This document shows positions 22,274-31,771 of a DNA stretch of 40,095 nt, piece by piece. Made by a program: the position numbers and the translations under genes. The notes under the pieces were generated by a model. The model was not told the DNA's origin. It did not search any database and worked only from the letters and a program-made list of their open reading frames with translations. Within the stretch, counting starts at the first letter, position 1. Each line of letters opens with the position of its first letter. The stretch comes from a virus: positions 1-40,095 of IMG/VR virus record IMGVR_UViG_3300044274_000136; one strand, written 5' to 3'.

Positions 22274-23314
22274 ATGGATTTTTACGCAAATGAATTAAAA
22301 TGGCTTGAGGATAAAGGACAAAACCTTTCTTCAATGTTTAATAACAGTTTTACAAACTCTAATACTAGTTATGTTCGAGGCATAGGCAGTAACTTCACGC
22401 ATCTTGTTACGGATATTTATAAGCAAAAGTACTATGAAATCACACCGTCAGATTTTATGCCTGTTGGAAGTGGTGAAATAGGGGCATATGCTAGTGAGTA
22501 TAAGATATTTGCTATTGAGGCACAAGGTAACAAGTCTGGTGTTGTTTCAAAATCTCGCAAAGGTACGCAAAGAAACACCATTGATGCGTCTATGAGTGAA
22601 GCTACTTACAAGACTATTGATTGGGAGTATGACATCAATTATAGTAGAACTGAGATTGAGCGGGCTAAGGCTGGTAAAACTTTATCTATTGACCTTGTTA
22701 GGTTGAAAGAAAGTGAAACTTTTAGGCAATTTCAGTTAGATGTTCAGAAAGCGGCTTTTCTAGGTGTTGAAGACTTGCAGGGTTTGTTAAATCAAAGTGG
22801 TGTTACTGTTGATACGTCGACAATTAGTAATTTTTTATATACCCTAACTTTAGATCAATTAAACACAACGGTAACTAACATTATTAACAGCGTTGCTAGT
22901 AACTTAGAGGAGGTTAACCTCTCGTTTCCTGACACTTTGGTAATTTCACCAAAGGAGGCTAGGGGTTTAAAGGCTACAAGTGTTGGCACAGAATTTGGTG
23001 TTACAGTTTCTAAGTATGACCGTTTGTTGTCATTGCTAAAAGATGGGTTTAATAACCAAAACTTTCAGATTAAAGAGTTAGCTTATGCCGATAAAGCTAG
23101 AAATGCTAATGTGTTAGGTGGTAATGGCAAAAATCGTTATGTTTTATATAGAAACGATCCGCTTTCTATGAAAATGCACGTTCAAAGGAACTATACTACT
23201 AGTGCATATCATACTGCTAATGGTCATGACTTCACTTGTGTAGCGACGGCTGCCTACGGTGGGTTAGATGTTTTCCGTAAGCATGAAGTAACCTACTTTG
23301 ATCACACTTCTTAG
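22274..23314 (+). CDS. Major capsid protein (DUF2184-type, HK97-fold expected)
   Basis: 346 aa, positioned after the scaffold and decoration genes in a DUF1073/DUF2213/DUF2184-type head module. Confidence 0.7.
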   Translation: MDFYANELKWLEDKGQNLSSMFNNSFTNSNTSYVRGIGSNFTHLVTDIYKQKYYEITPSDFMPVGSGEIGAYASEYKIFAIEAQGNKSGVVSKSRKGTQRNTIDASMSEATYKTIDWEYDINYSRTEIERAKAGKTLSIDLVRLKESETFRQFQLDVQKAAFLGVEDLQGLLNQSGVTVDTSTISNFLYTLTLDQLNTTVTNIINSVASNLEEVNLSFPDTLVISPKEARGLKATSVGTEFGVTVSKYDRLLSLLKDGFNNQNFQIKELAYADKARNANVLGGNGKNRYVLYRNDPLSMKMHVQRNYTTSAYHTANGHDFTCVATAAYGGLDVFRKHEVTYFDHTS

Positions 23315-23324
23315 GAGAGCTTTT

Positions 23325-23588
23325 ATGACGAGAACGATTGTAGACAACCGAAGTGGTAACCCGATTAAAGTTGGAACCTTAACTATCGTGGAAGGCATTA
23401 ATTACGTTGATAATCTTGATCAAAAGGCTAAGAAGATATTAGCCTCTTATGATTGCATTTTTCCTGATAAACTTGAGGCAGAGAGAACTGAAGAGCAGTT
23501 AAGGCAAGATGTGAAAAGCAAAGACCTTGAGATTGCTAAATTAAAAGCCGAGCTTGCAGGATTGCAAGGCAAGTCCAAGAAAAAGTGA
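23325..23588 (+). CDS. Hypothetical head-associated protein with coiled-coil C-terminus
   Basis: Start moved to ATG 23325, 7 nt after AGGAG. Confidence 0.5.
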   Translation: MTRTIVDNRSGNPIKVGTLTIVEGINYVDNLDQKAKKILASYDCIFPDKLEAERTEEQLRQDVKSKDLEIAKLKAELAGLQGKSKKK

Positions 23589-24145
23589 CTATAGATTTAG
23601 CATTAATAACACTTGAGGATTTTAAGGCAAGGTATAAGAGAGATTTCTTATACCTGCCAGTTTATGATCAAGGGAAAGGCTATTTTGTTGGTGATGTAGT
23701 TTACTATGGTGATACAGGGAAGTTTTACAAGGCTAAGGTAGATAACCCCGTGGCTTTACCGTCTAATGATTGGCAATTGCTAACGAATGAATATGTTGAT
23801 GATTATATTTCTGATCAAGATTTAGAGATTGGTAGAACATTGGCAATTGGTGATTATCATTCTGTTGCTTTTGGGCGTGATACTATTGATTATCAAAAAG
23901 AGGCGTATTTATTGTTATGGGCTTTTTACCTTGTAAGGCACATAGGAGCCAGTGAGAGGGGTTTAGATGGTGGTACTGGTGGTATGGCAAGCAAGAGCCT
24001 TGATGGTGTTTCTGTAAGCTATACAGGGGTGCAAGATGGTAGTTCATATGACTATTTAGATGGTAATCAGTATGGCAAGTCATACCTTGCTTTATTAGAC
24101 CCTCGTGTTGTAGGTAGTAATATACAGATAGCCAGTGTCTTCTAG
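23585..24145 (+). CDS. Head-tail connector protein (DUF4054-like)
   Basis: GTG start overlapping the previous stop; position and N-terminal LEDFKARYKRDF pattern. Confidence 0.5.
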   Translation: MTIDLALITLEDFKARYKRDFLYLPVYDQGKGYFVGDVVYYGDTGKFYKAKVDNPVALPSNDWQLLTNEYVDDYISDQDLEIGRTLAIGDYHSVAFGRDTIDYQKEAYLLLWAFYLVRHIGASERGLDGGTGGMASKSLDGVSVSYTGVQDGSSYDYLDGNQYGKSYLALLDPRVVGSNIQIASVF

Positions 24146-24611
24146 CGTCAATTTAGATTTAAGAGGGTTAGAGAAAGTTGCAAATCAGCTTAAAAATGCT
24201 GGTAAGGTAAGGGTTGGCATATTGGGTAGTGGCAAAAGGCGTAGGGGTGATAGTCTATCTAATGTGGAGATAGGCAGAATGCACGAATTCGGCTCTATTG
24301 CTCGTAAAATACCAGCACGTAGTTTTTTAAGAGTACCATTACGGAAGAATACTGATAAATTGTTGGGAGTGTTACAAGATAATATACTTGTTAAGCAGGC
24401 ATTAAGTGAGGGTAATGCAACCTTAGCATTAGAGCTGTTAGGGGTTAAAGCTGAAGCAATAGTTTTAGGGGCATTTCGTAATAATGGTTATGGAACTTGG
24501 GCTAGATTAAAGCCTAAGACTTTAGAGGTTAAGGGAAGTGATAAGCCTTTGATTGATACGGGGCAGTTAAGAAGATCAATAACAAGTAAGGTGGTAGCTA
24601 GTGGCACGTAA
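24135..24611 (+). CDS. Head-tail joining protein (HK97 gp10-like)
   Basis: NVEIGRMHEFGS..IPARSFLRVP matches the gp10-like motif. Confidence 0.6.
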   Translation: MSSSVNLDLRGLEKVANQLKNAGKVRVGILGSGKRRRGDSLSNVEIGRMHEFGSIARKIPARSFLRVPLRKNTDKLLGVLQDNILVKQALSEGNATLALELLGVKAEAIVLGAFRNNGYGTWARLKPKTLEVKGSDKPLIDTGQLRRSITSKVVASGT

Positions 24612-24987
24612 GATAATATCTGGTAAAAAAAAGATTAGTGATATTGGTTTTCCAAACATGAAGGGTGTTTTTCAAGAATGGGAAACTGATATTCAGTTAA
24701 TGCAGCGGTTGCAAACTATTCAAGACGGGTTTTACACTACACAAGAGGTGGTGCATAACGTGAGAGCCGTTGTGCAACCCTTAGAGGCTAGTGTTATACT
24801 GGTTAAACCAGAAGCGTTAAGAGAAAGACGCTGGATTAATGTTTACATTGAAACAACAGCGGTGGTAGGATCAACTAATGATATGATTGTGTATGATGGT
24901 GATCGATATAGAGTTGAAAGTATACTAGGTTTTACTAAGGGGCATTTTTGTAAGTACCATGCAGTATCAGAAAGTGGGGTTATATGA
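24601..24987 (+). CDS. Head closure / head-tail joining protein (putative)
   Basis: Position; the ending DMIVYDGDRYRVESI resembles head-tail joining families. Confidence 0.45.
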   Translation: MARKIISGKKKISDIGFPNMKGVFQEWETDIQLMQRLQTIQDGFYTTQEVVHNVRAVVQPLEASVILVKPEALRERRWINVYIETTAVVGSTNDMIVYDGDRYRVESILGFTKGHFCKYHAVSESGVI

Positions 24988-25547
24988 CATATGCACCTGT
25001 AATAATTAGAAATTTGATTAAAGATTATATGGATTTGCCAGACGAGCAAGTCTACATAATGAATAGCAATTTCAAATCACCAGATAAACCAGACCTTATT
25101 TATTGTGCTATTGGTTTAACTTCGTCAACACCTTATTCATCTGAGAGTAGTATTTTTGAAGATGAAAACAATAATCTTTTTGAGAAAACGGCTATCAGCG
25201 TTGAGGAATTGATCACGATTGATATATATAGCATGGTAACTGAAAACTTTACTGATAGTTTGTTCACGAGAAAATATGAAGTGTTGCAAGCTTTAAATAG
25301 CTTAGCTTCTCAACAAGCCCAAGATGAAAACATTATAAAGATTGTTAAGTATCCAGAATCTTTTGTGGACAATTCAGAAGAATTAGACGGGCAGAATTTA
25401 CTAAGATACACAATGGATATTAGATGTTTCGTTGGCAATACAAAGGTGAAAGCGATTGACCCGAGTGTTAATGCGATATACACTAGTTTTCAAGCTGTTG
25501 TTAAAGATGATAATAATAAAACGCCAGATATAGAGGTTAACGTATGA
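24984..25547 (+). CDS. Tail completion / neck protein (putative)
   Basis: Position immediately upstream of the sheath gene; overlapping stops. Confidence 0.4.
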   Translation: MTYAPVIIRNLIKDYMDLPDEQVYIMNSNFKSPDKPDLIYCAIGLTSSTPYSSESSIFEDENNNLFEKTAISVEELITIDIYSMVTENFTDSLFTRKYEVLQALNSLASQQAQDENIIKIVKYPESFVDNSEELDGQNLLRYTMDIRCFVGNTKVKAIDPSVNAIYTSFQAVVKDDNNKTPDIEVNV

Positions 25548-27022
25548 GTAATAATGCTTTAAATGAAGTGATAAATCTTACGGTTGTGGGAACACAGCCT
25601 AGTTTGCAACCAGCGAATGTGAATGATACGATAGTATTCTGCACAGAGCAAGCGGACAGTATTAATGATTATGAGGTTATTACAAGTGCTAGTCAGGTAG
25701 GTGCTATTTATGGTACTAACAGCACTGCTAAAAAGATGGCTGATGCAATTTTTGCGCAGGATACAACTATCCGCATGGGTAATGGGAACTTGTTTTTTGC
25801 CCCTCTTAATAATGCAGTAAGTGCAACAAGTGGTAAGCTAGAAACAGCAGATATATCCGCTAACCTAGCGAATTTTCAAGCTGTTAGTGATGGTGGTTTA
25901 AAAGTTAATGTAGATGGTAGCCACGCAACATTAAGAAACCTAGACTTTACAGCAACAACTAGCCTCGCTGATGTTGCTAGCGTGATACAAAAAAAGCTGG
26001 TTGATGTTGATGTTAGTTATGCTAACAACAAGATAACGATTACCAGTAGAAGCAACGGATCTTCTAGTTTTATTGCTTTAATAACAGATAACGGAGCTCC
26101 TACTGACATATCTGGTGCTAACTATTTAAACGAAAGTGGTGCAACAGCACCGGCGGGGGTAAATGCATCTGGTGAGACGATTGTCGAAGCTATGGCTCGT
26201 ATTGATGACAACGAGCAAACAGCTACAAACTATGTGAATGTTTTAACAGATTTACGCATGGAGGGGGCAGTTGTTGAGGCTTTGGCAACAGCCATTCAAG
26301 CAAAGAAAAGGATTTTGTTTTATGGCATAGCCTCTAAGAGTGAAGTTGCGGGGCTTGCTGAGAACATTAGACAGGCTAGCAACAGAAAAACACAGATTTT
26401 TTATGATAACCAAGGCTTAGATAATTTACATAAATTAATGGCTGGTGCGGTAAGTAGACATGCTAGCGTTAATTATGATGGTTCAAGGACTGCTAACACG
26501 TTAGCTACTAAGATTATCAGAACGGCATCGCCAAGTAAATTCACCGCAACATTAACTAATGATTTGAAAGCCAAAGGCGTTGATTATTACGTATCGTACG
26601 GTAGCAGAAATGGCATTAGGTTATCAGGTGCTAACCAGTATCATGATGTTGTAAGGGATAACTTAGCATTAGGCTTTGAGGCTCAGGTGGCGTTGTTTAA
26701 TGCTATTGGAAGAACTAATACTAAAGTTCCACAAACAGAAGCAGGAATGGACGTACTAAAAGCGGCTTTAAGAAGTGTTTTTGATCAGTTTGTAACCAAT
26801 GGAGTTATTGGCACGGGTTTACAGTGGAACGGCGATCGCTTTGGTGATGATGAAACGATGCTAGAGTCGATAACTCAAAACGGCTACTATATTTTCTCAC
26901 AGCCTATTAGTGAGCAACCGCAAGTTGACAGGGAGCTAAGGAAAGCCCAACTAATACAAGCGGCATATAAGCTTGCTGGTAGTATTGAACAGGTAGATGC
27001 AATATTAACATTTGAGGTATAA
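25544..27022 (+). CDS. Tail sheath protein
   Basis: 492 aa, directly upstream of the tube, chaperone and tape measure genes in canonical order. Confidence 0.65.
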   Translation: MSNNALNEVINLTVVGTQPSLQPANVNDTIVFCTEQADSINDYEVITSASQVGAIYGTNSTAKKMADAIFAQDTTIRMGNGNLFFAPLNNAVSATSGKLETADISANLANFQAVSDGGLKVNVDGSHATLRNLDFTATTSLADVASVIQKKLVDVDVSYANNKITITSRSNGSSSFIALITDNGAPTDISGANYLNESGATAPAGVNASGETIVEAMARIDDNEQTATNYVNVLTDLRMEGAVVEALATAIQAKKRILFYGIASKSEVAGLAENIRQASNRKTQIFYDNQGLDNLHKLMAGAVSRHASVNYDGSRTANTLATKIIRTASPSKFTATLTNDLKAKGVDYYVSYGSRNGIRLSGANQYHDVVRDNLALGFEAQVALFNAIGRTNTKVPQTEAGMDVLKAALRSVFDQFVTNGVIGTGLQWNGDRFGDDETMLESITQNGYYIFSQPISEQPQVDRELRKAQLIQAAYKLAGSIEQVDAILTFEV

Positions 27023-27024
27023 AC

Positions 27025-27483
27025 ATGAGTACATATGTAACAGGTGATGAAACTTTAATTATTGACGGCAGAAATATCACTTCTTTTGGAAAGGATAGAG
27101 CAATTGATTTGACATTACCCAATGAGGCTATCAATGCTACTAAAGGGCTTGATGGTTCACTGATTTACACCCGTAATGCTGAGGGCAACATGGGTGAACT
27201 TAAAGTTACCGTTTATAAGGCTAGCACTGATGGCAGGGAGTTATCACGGCTTGCAGAGAGGGCAAGAAACCCCCAAGGTTTACTTCCAAGCATGTATATA
27301 GTTAATGGCTCTTATACTCAAACGAAATTCAAAGATGGCATAAGAACTACCATTAGCCATGAACTCAGATCAATGTCAGTAAAGACTGTTTCTAATGCTG
27401 GTGCTAATTCATCGGAAGAATATCAGGACGGTCAGATTGAATTTACTTTCGTGGTTGGTGAAGTAAAAATAACTTTTCAATAA
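27025..27483 (+). CDS. Tail tube protein
   Basis: 152 aa, positioned between the sheath and the chaperone. Confidence 0.55.
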   Translation: MSTYVTGDETLIIDGRNITSFGKDRAIDLTLPNEAINATKGLDGSLIYTRNAEGNMGELKVTVYKASTDGRELSRLAERARNPQGLLPSMYIVNGSYTQTKFKDGIRTTISHELRSMSVKTVSNAGANSSEEYQDGQIEFTFVVGEVKITFQ

Positions 27484-27493
27484 GGTATAGAAT

Positions 27494-27907
27494 ATGACGA
27501 CAAAATTAGGTGAAGAAATAACTTTACAGAGTGGCAATACTTTGAGGGTGCAAAAAGCTAGCTTTGATAAGGCTAACACTTTAACAAACACCATAATTGA
27601 TAGATTAGGGGGGCTATTAGGAGAAGCAACTAGTGATGCAGATATAGCACCAATTTTAATTAGTGGGCTTTCTAAAATTATTAGTGATAGTAAGGTGCAA
27701 AACGAAATTATATCATGTTTTCAAGGTTGCTTGTATAACAACCAAAACTTAACAAAAGGCACTTTTGAAGATGTGAAAGCACGCAAAGATTATATAGAGG
27801 TGTTAATAATAGTGGCGGAGGCAAACGTTAAGGATTTTTTGCCAGAGAACCCTTTTGTCATGTTAAAAACTCGTTTAAGCGACCTAGCGACAAAGTTCCA
27901 GAAGTAG
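27494..27907 (+). CDS. Tail assembly chaperone (G-like, zero-frame product)
   Basis: Position before the tape measure gene; contains a slippery heptamer near the 3' end. Confidence 0.65.
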   Translation: MTTKLGEEITLQSGNTLRVQKASFDKANTLTNTIIDRLGGLLGEATSDADIAPILISGLSKIISDSKVQNEIISCFQGCLYNNQNLTKGTFEDVKARKDYIEVLIIVAEANVKDFLPENPFVMLKTRLSDLATKFQK

Positions 27908-28095
27908 TTGTTAACGACACCGCTATGTTAATAGCTTGTAAAGTTGCTAAGGCAGGTTATTATGGTGGTGATGTAGATAAAATCTTGTATGAAGTGCCTT
28001 ATGATTTGGTGCTAAATGCGTTTCATTACGAGAATTTCATAAATGACTATGAGGCAACCTATTTTGAACTTAACAAGCCTAAGGGGATTAAATGA
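27494..28095 (+). CDS. Tail assembly chaperone, -1 frameshift-extended form (GT-like)
   Basis: The -1 frame fills the otherwise empty 27908-28091 gap (..VPEVVVNDTAMLIACKVAKAGYYGG..NKPKGIK) and ends overlapping the tape measure ATG. Confidence 0.55.
27835..27841 (+). promoter_or_regulatory. Candidate -1 programmed frameshift heptamer T TTT TTG
   Basis: Zero-frame codons are gat ttt ttg. The -1 frame is open from 27832 to the TGA at 28093-28095. Confidence 0.55.
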
Positions 28096-29597
28096 AGATA
28101 GGTGAGTTATTTGCAGAGATAGGCTTTAAAACAGATACAGCTGGCTTGGAGAAAGCGTCAACAGAGCTGAAAGGTTTTCAGACTAAAACACTGGGGGCAA
28201 TAGCAGGTGTAACGGCATTTATCGCCGCCATGGCTAACCTACAAGACATGGTAAGGGGTGGCAGTGCGGAGCTAAAAGCCTTTGGAGATCAAACGGGGCT
28301 AGCAGTTGACAAATTACAGCTGTTACAGGCTGAAGCAAATAGCCTTGATATAAATGCTGACCCAACAGCCATAGAGGGTAGTGTTAGAGCCATACAGGAT
28401 AACCTGAGTAATATTGCTATTGGTCAAGGTGATACTGGTATATTTCAGCTGTTAGGTATTGATCCACGCAATAGAGATGCCTTTGATGTTATAGAAGAAT
28501 TTAAGGCTAAGATACCAGAAATTAAGGCACAGTTTGGGCAAAACCAAGTAGTTAATTTTGGTCAGCAATTAGGTTTAGACGCTAGTTTAGTGACTGCGTT
28601 GCAAAAAAGCACAGCGGAGAGCAGAGCATTTGCACAATCGCTTGTTAGGACTGGGAAGAATACAGAGACGCTAAATAATCTATCACGTAGCATAGGCGAC
28701 ATGAACGCCAGTTTTGGGTTGTTAAAAGATATGCTGGTGGAAGCCATAGCCCCTGCCATTGAAGTGCTTGTAAAAGCCATTAAAGCCGTTGTGAAGCCAT
28801 TAATTAACATACTAAGTGTGTTTAATGAGATGGATCCTATCATAGGAGCAATCGCAACGTCATTGACATTAGCCTTTGGTGCTGGTGCATTAGCTTCATT
28901 GCTTGGGTTTAGTGGTGGATTAAGAAAGGTAATGCTTGGGTTAACCAGTATTAAGTTGCTGGCAACTAGTCTAAGTGTAGTTTTCAAAAGACTAATGGTG
29001 GTGATGTTTAAGTTTATACTGCCATTTTTAATACTTGAAGATTTATTTGTATTTTTTCAAGGTGGTAAGTCTTTATTTGGTGACATGGTGGAGGGTTTGC
29101 AAAATGTAGACTTTTCAGCGTTATTTGATAGCTTAAAACAGGGCTTTTTTGATATATTCTATGAGATAGGGCGTTATTTGGTAGAAAATGTTTTTGATCC
29201 TATTTTTGAAAAAATAGGGATTAATCTTGTTACGACTAATGCTGAGCTAGCAGAGGAAATTGCGGAAACAAAACAAAAATTGGCAGAGGAAAGAGCCGAT
29301 GTAGATAATTTTTGGACTGGTAGTCCGTTGAAGGTTAGACTTTTAGAAGAAAAACTTGCTGAACTTAATCAAAGGCAAAGAAATAATATGTTACCAGCCC
29401 TTAATAGAGCTACTCAAAACCCCGTTACATTGCCGTCATCTATTACTAACAATTCTCGCAACCAAAAGATTGAGATTAAAAATGATATACATGTTGAGGG
29501 GGCAAGCAATGCCATAAATGCTCATTCAATGGGTCAAGTCTTACAAAGACAATACCAACAAGCCTCACAACAACTCGCTAATGGAGGAGATAGATGA
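28092..29597 (+). CDS. Tail tape measure protein
   Basis: 501 aa with helical and hydrophobic central segments; follows the frameshifted chaperone. Confidence 0.8.
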   Translation: MKIGELFAEIGFKTDTAGLEKASTELKGFQTKTLGAIAGVTAFIAAMANLQDMVRGGSAELKAFGDQTGLAVDKLQLLQAEANSLDINADPTAIEGSVRAIQDNLSNIAIGQGDTGIFQLLGIDPRNRDAFDVIEEFKAKIPEIKAQFGQNQVVNFGQQLGLDASLVTALQKSTAESRAFAQSLVRTGKNTETLNNLSRSIGDMNASFGLLKDMLVEAIAPAIEVLVKAIKAVVKPLINILSVFNEMDPIIGAIATSLTLAFGAGALASLLGFSGGLRKVMLGLTSIKLLATSLSVVFKRLMVVMFKFILPFLILEDLFVFFQGGKSLFGDMVEGLQNVDFSALFDSLKQGFFDIFYEIGRYLVENVFDPIFEKIGINLVTTNAELAEEIAETKQKLAEERADVDNFWTGSPLKVRLLEEKLAELNQRQRNNMLPALNRATQNPVTLPSSITNNSRNQKIEIKNDIHVEGASNAINAHSMGQVLQRQYQQASQQLANGGDR

Positions 29598-30352
29598 CGA
29601 CATATGCACAACTAACCACAGAGGCAAACAAAGCCTATATAGCCCCAACGCTAAGAACTAGCTTTGGTGGCTTTGTATTAGATTTATTACAAGATGAAGT
29701 AATAGATCTCTCTTCTAGTTCAACAGATCATATCGTGGAGGACAATTCTACTATTAATGATCACATCACTAATGAGAAAACACGCATACAATTGATGGGG
29801 ATAGTATCAGATATAAACTTAAGACCAGATACTACACCGACCAAAGGGCAACCCGAGGAGCATAGATTTAACAACCAGCCAGAAGCCATGGTTGATAAAC
29901 AAGATAGTGCAGGTACTAAACAAGCACAGAGGCACATAGAAGAGGCAGAGAGACCTAATCAGCAAAATGAGGAGGTAACCCCCACTGATAACATTTATGG
30001 TAACTCACAGAGCCGTATAATCGGTAATAGGCAACAAAAATTAGTAGCTTTTATTCAAGGGATAAGGAAAACCAAGACTTTAGTATCAATAAAAACACGT
30101 GTGGGATTTTTTACAAACATGCATATTGAATCTTTTACAATGCAAACAAGCCAAACCGATGAAACACAAAGTATCGTAAATATAGGCTTTTCAGAGTTTA
30201 GATTTGCTAAAACACTTTCAACAGCAGTTGACAAAGTGGCACTCGGGAGATCTAACGCCCTTGCACAAAAGCTAGAGCAGGGCAGTGCTAATGGTAAAAA
30301 GAAACCTTACCAAAGTAGATTAAGTGCAGGCGTTAGTAGTATTACCAACTAA
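29594..30352 (+). CDS. Tail/baseplate protein following the tape measure (Mu gp43 / XkdP position)
   Basis: ATGA overlap with the tape measure gene. The N-terminal pattern DLSSSSTDHIVEDNSTINDHITNEKTRIQLMGIVS resembles tail-hub-proximal proteins. Confidence 0.45.
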   Translation: MTTYAQLTTEANKAYIAPTLRTSFGGFVLDLLQDEVIDLSSSSTDHIVEDNSTINDHITNEKTRIQLMGIVSDINLRPDTTPTKGQPEEHRFNNQPEAMVDKQDSAGTKQAQRHIEEAERPNQQNEEVTPTDNIYGNSQSRIIGNRQQKLVAFIQGIRKTKTLVSIKTRVGFFTNMHIESFTMQTSQTDETQSIVNIGFSEFRFAKTLSTAVDKVALGRSNALAQKLEQGSANGKKKPYQSRLSAGVSSITN

Positions 30353-30364
30353 ATCTAGTAATTT

Positions 30365-30703
30365 ATGTCACTAGGCATACTTGATAAGCTAGGTAAGCGC
30401 CAATTTTTGGCTATTGGGCTTATCTTCGCCATAACAGCACCCATTGTTCTTTATCTTCTCACTAATCTTGCCAACGTGCAAAAAGACTACGAATATTTAA
30501 GGCAAAGTCTTGTTAAAGCAGAAGAAAAGATTGCTACATTACAACAAGTAATAGGCTCTTTAAAAGATGCGATAAACAAAATAGACAAGCAACTAGCGAT
30601 CTATGAGACTGCTACAAGCCACCAATTAAAAAAACTGGCTGAGGATATTAAGGGAAACCGTGAAATTCTCAACCAGATTTACAAGCGAATGATAGAAAAT
30701 TAA
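30365..30703 (+). CDS. Membrane-anchored coiled-coil protein
   Basis: N-terminal TM FLAIGLIFAITAPIVLYLL followed by a heptad-rich region. Confidence 0.5.
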   Translation: MSLGILDKLGKRQFLAIGLIFAITAPIVLYLLTNLANVQKDYEYLRQSLVKAEEKIATLQQVIGSLKDAINKIDKQLAIYETATSHQLKKLAEDIKGNREILNQIYKRMIEN

Positions 30704-31143
30704 ACTTTGCTATGAACACGTGATCCAAATGAACCACGGAACTTGAATGCTAGTATTGCAACAATAGCAATTGCTATTGACAATAAAAGCCAGTAACTAA
30801 ACGAAATTCTGCCACAATCTGGCTTAAATAAATCGATGTAGATATTTTGATTACCATTTGGAAGCCGCCCACTTACTTTTATACCACTCTTAGCAATATA
30901 TCCCTCTTCAAGTTTTTCTTGAATAGCATTTAAAAAATTCTGACTTTTGTTTTTACCAATTGGACTTTGGAAAATTGCTACTAAACAATCACCGTTTGTT
31001 GGATACTCGATCCTTGGCACAGATTCACTAGCATTAGCCTTTGGAACCAAAAAAACCAACATAGCTAATATTAATAACTTCTTTATAACTAAACTCCTAT
31101 TATTTGATAATACCAAGATATCAGATAGTAAGGTATAAGTCAA
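30700..31143 (-). CDS. Exported, C-terminally anchored protein (candidate superinfection-exclusion type); start uncertain
   Basis: KKLLILAMLVFLVPKANA signal-like segment and C-terminal TM WLLLSIAIAIVAILAF. The track's TTG start coincides with a TTGACT-17-TATCTT promoter-like element. Confidence 0.5.
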   Translation of the reverse strand: MTYTLLSDILVLSNNRSLVIKKLLILAMLVFLVPKANASESVPRIEYPTNGDCLVAIFQSPIGKNKSQNFLNAIQEKLEEGYIAKSGIKVSGRLPNGNQNIYIDLFKPDCGRISFSYWLLLSIAIAIVAILAFKFRGSFGSRVHSKV

Positions 31144-31268
31144 CTAGTTTAGTACAGCTATTGTTCTTTTTTGTAATATGTGATAATAGGAAGTTAAGGG
31201 CTGGATTGACGACACACCCAGCCCATTTTCAAAATATATGAAAAATAATAATAAACAACAATCATAGT

Positions 31269-31673
31269 ATGCATTTCGGCGACAAAAAAGATAAAGCATA
31301 CCTTGAAAGTGAGATTTTAGAGAGTGCAAAGTCTTTTTATAATAAGAATGGTAAAAAGTTCAACTGCAAAGAGTTTGCACGTTATTTAGGCAAGCACCCC
31401 CGAACGGTGCAAAATCACTTAAATGGTAATAAAGATATTTATGCATATATGCTAACCCCTAGGGAGGCAAGGTCAGAGGCACATAAAAAGATAAACTTAA
31501 TCCCTAATAATGAGAAAATCAAAAAAGAAAAGCAATTTAGGGATAAGCAAAAAAGAACGAAGGTACATGAGATAAAAAGACAGGTAAATCTCTATCAGAT
31601 TGAGCGGTTGAGGGCTAGAGCTACTTGTCCAGCAACGATGCAAAGGCTTAAGGAATTAGAGACTGCAAGTTGA
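31269..31673 (+). CDS. Hypothetical protein with HTH-like N-terminal domain (paralog family 3 of 3)
   Basis: ESEILESAKSFYNKNGKKFNCKEFARYLGKHPRTVQNHL aligns with the 1221 and 1593 proteins; basic C-terminus. Confidence 0.6.
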   Translation: MHFGDKKDKAYLESEILESAKSFYNKNGKKFNCKEFARYLGKHPRTVQNHLNGNKDIYAYMLTPREARSEAHKKINLIPNNEKIKKEKQFRDKQKRTKVHEIKRQVNLYQIERLRARATCPATMQRLKELETAS

Positions 31674-31697
31674 CATTTGCTAATCTTGCAATATAGT
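31670..31697 (+). promoter_or_regulatory. Cassette g (divergent member): TTGACA-16-TATAGT
   Basis: ttgacatttgctaatcttgcaatatagt; the TGA stop of the upstream gene lies inside TTGACA, as in cassette d. Confidence 0.45.
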
Positions 31698-31771
31698 AAT
31701 CTTGTGGTTATGATTTTTTTTGCATAAAATCTCGTTTTAATAAGGGGGCTTGACCACACCCCTACTTACTG

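Noticed and set aside
2254-28987. Minus-strand track ORFs lying inside plus-strand genes (e.g. 2254-2439, 2354-2671, 5734-5970, 8286-8585, 10830-11087, 14526-14747, 21916-22194, 26907-27134, 28562-28987)
   Set aside because: Each is fully antisense to a longer ORF with recognisable motifs or operon context. They lack SD sequences and translate to low-complexity or hydrophobic strings typical of antisense frames in AT-rich DNA.
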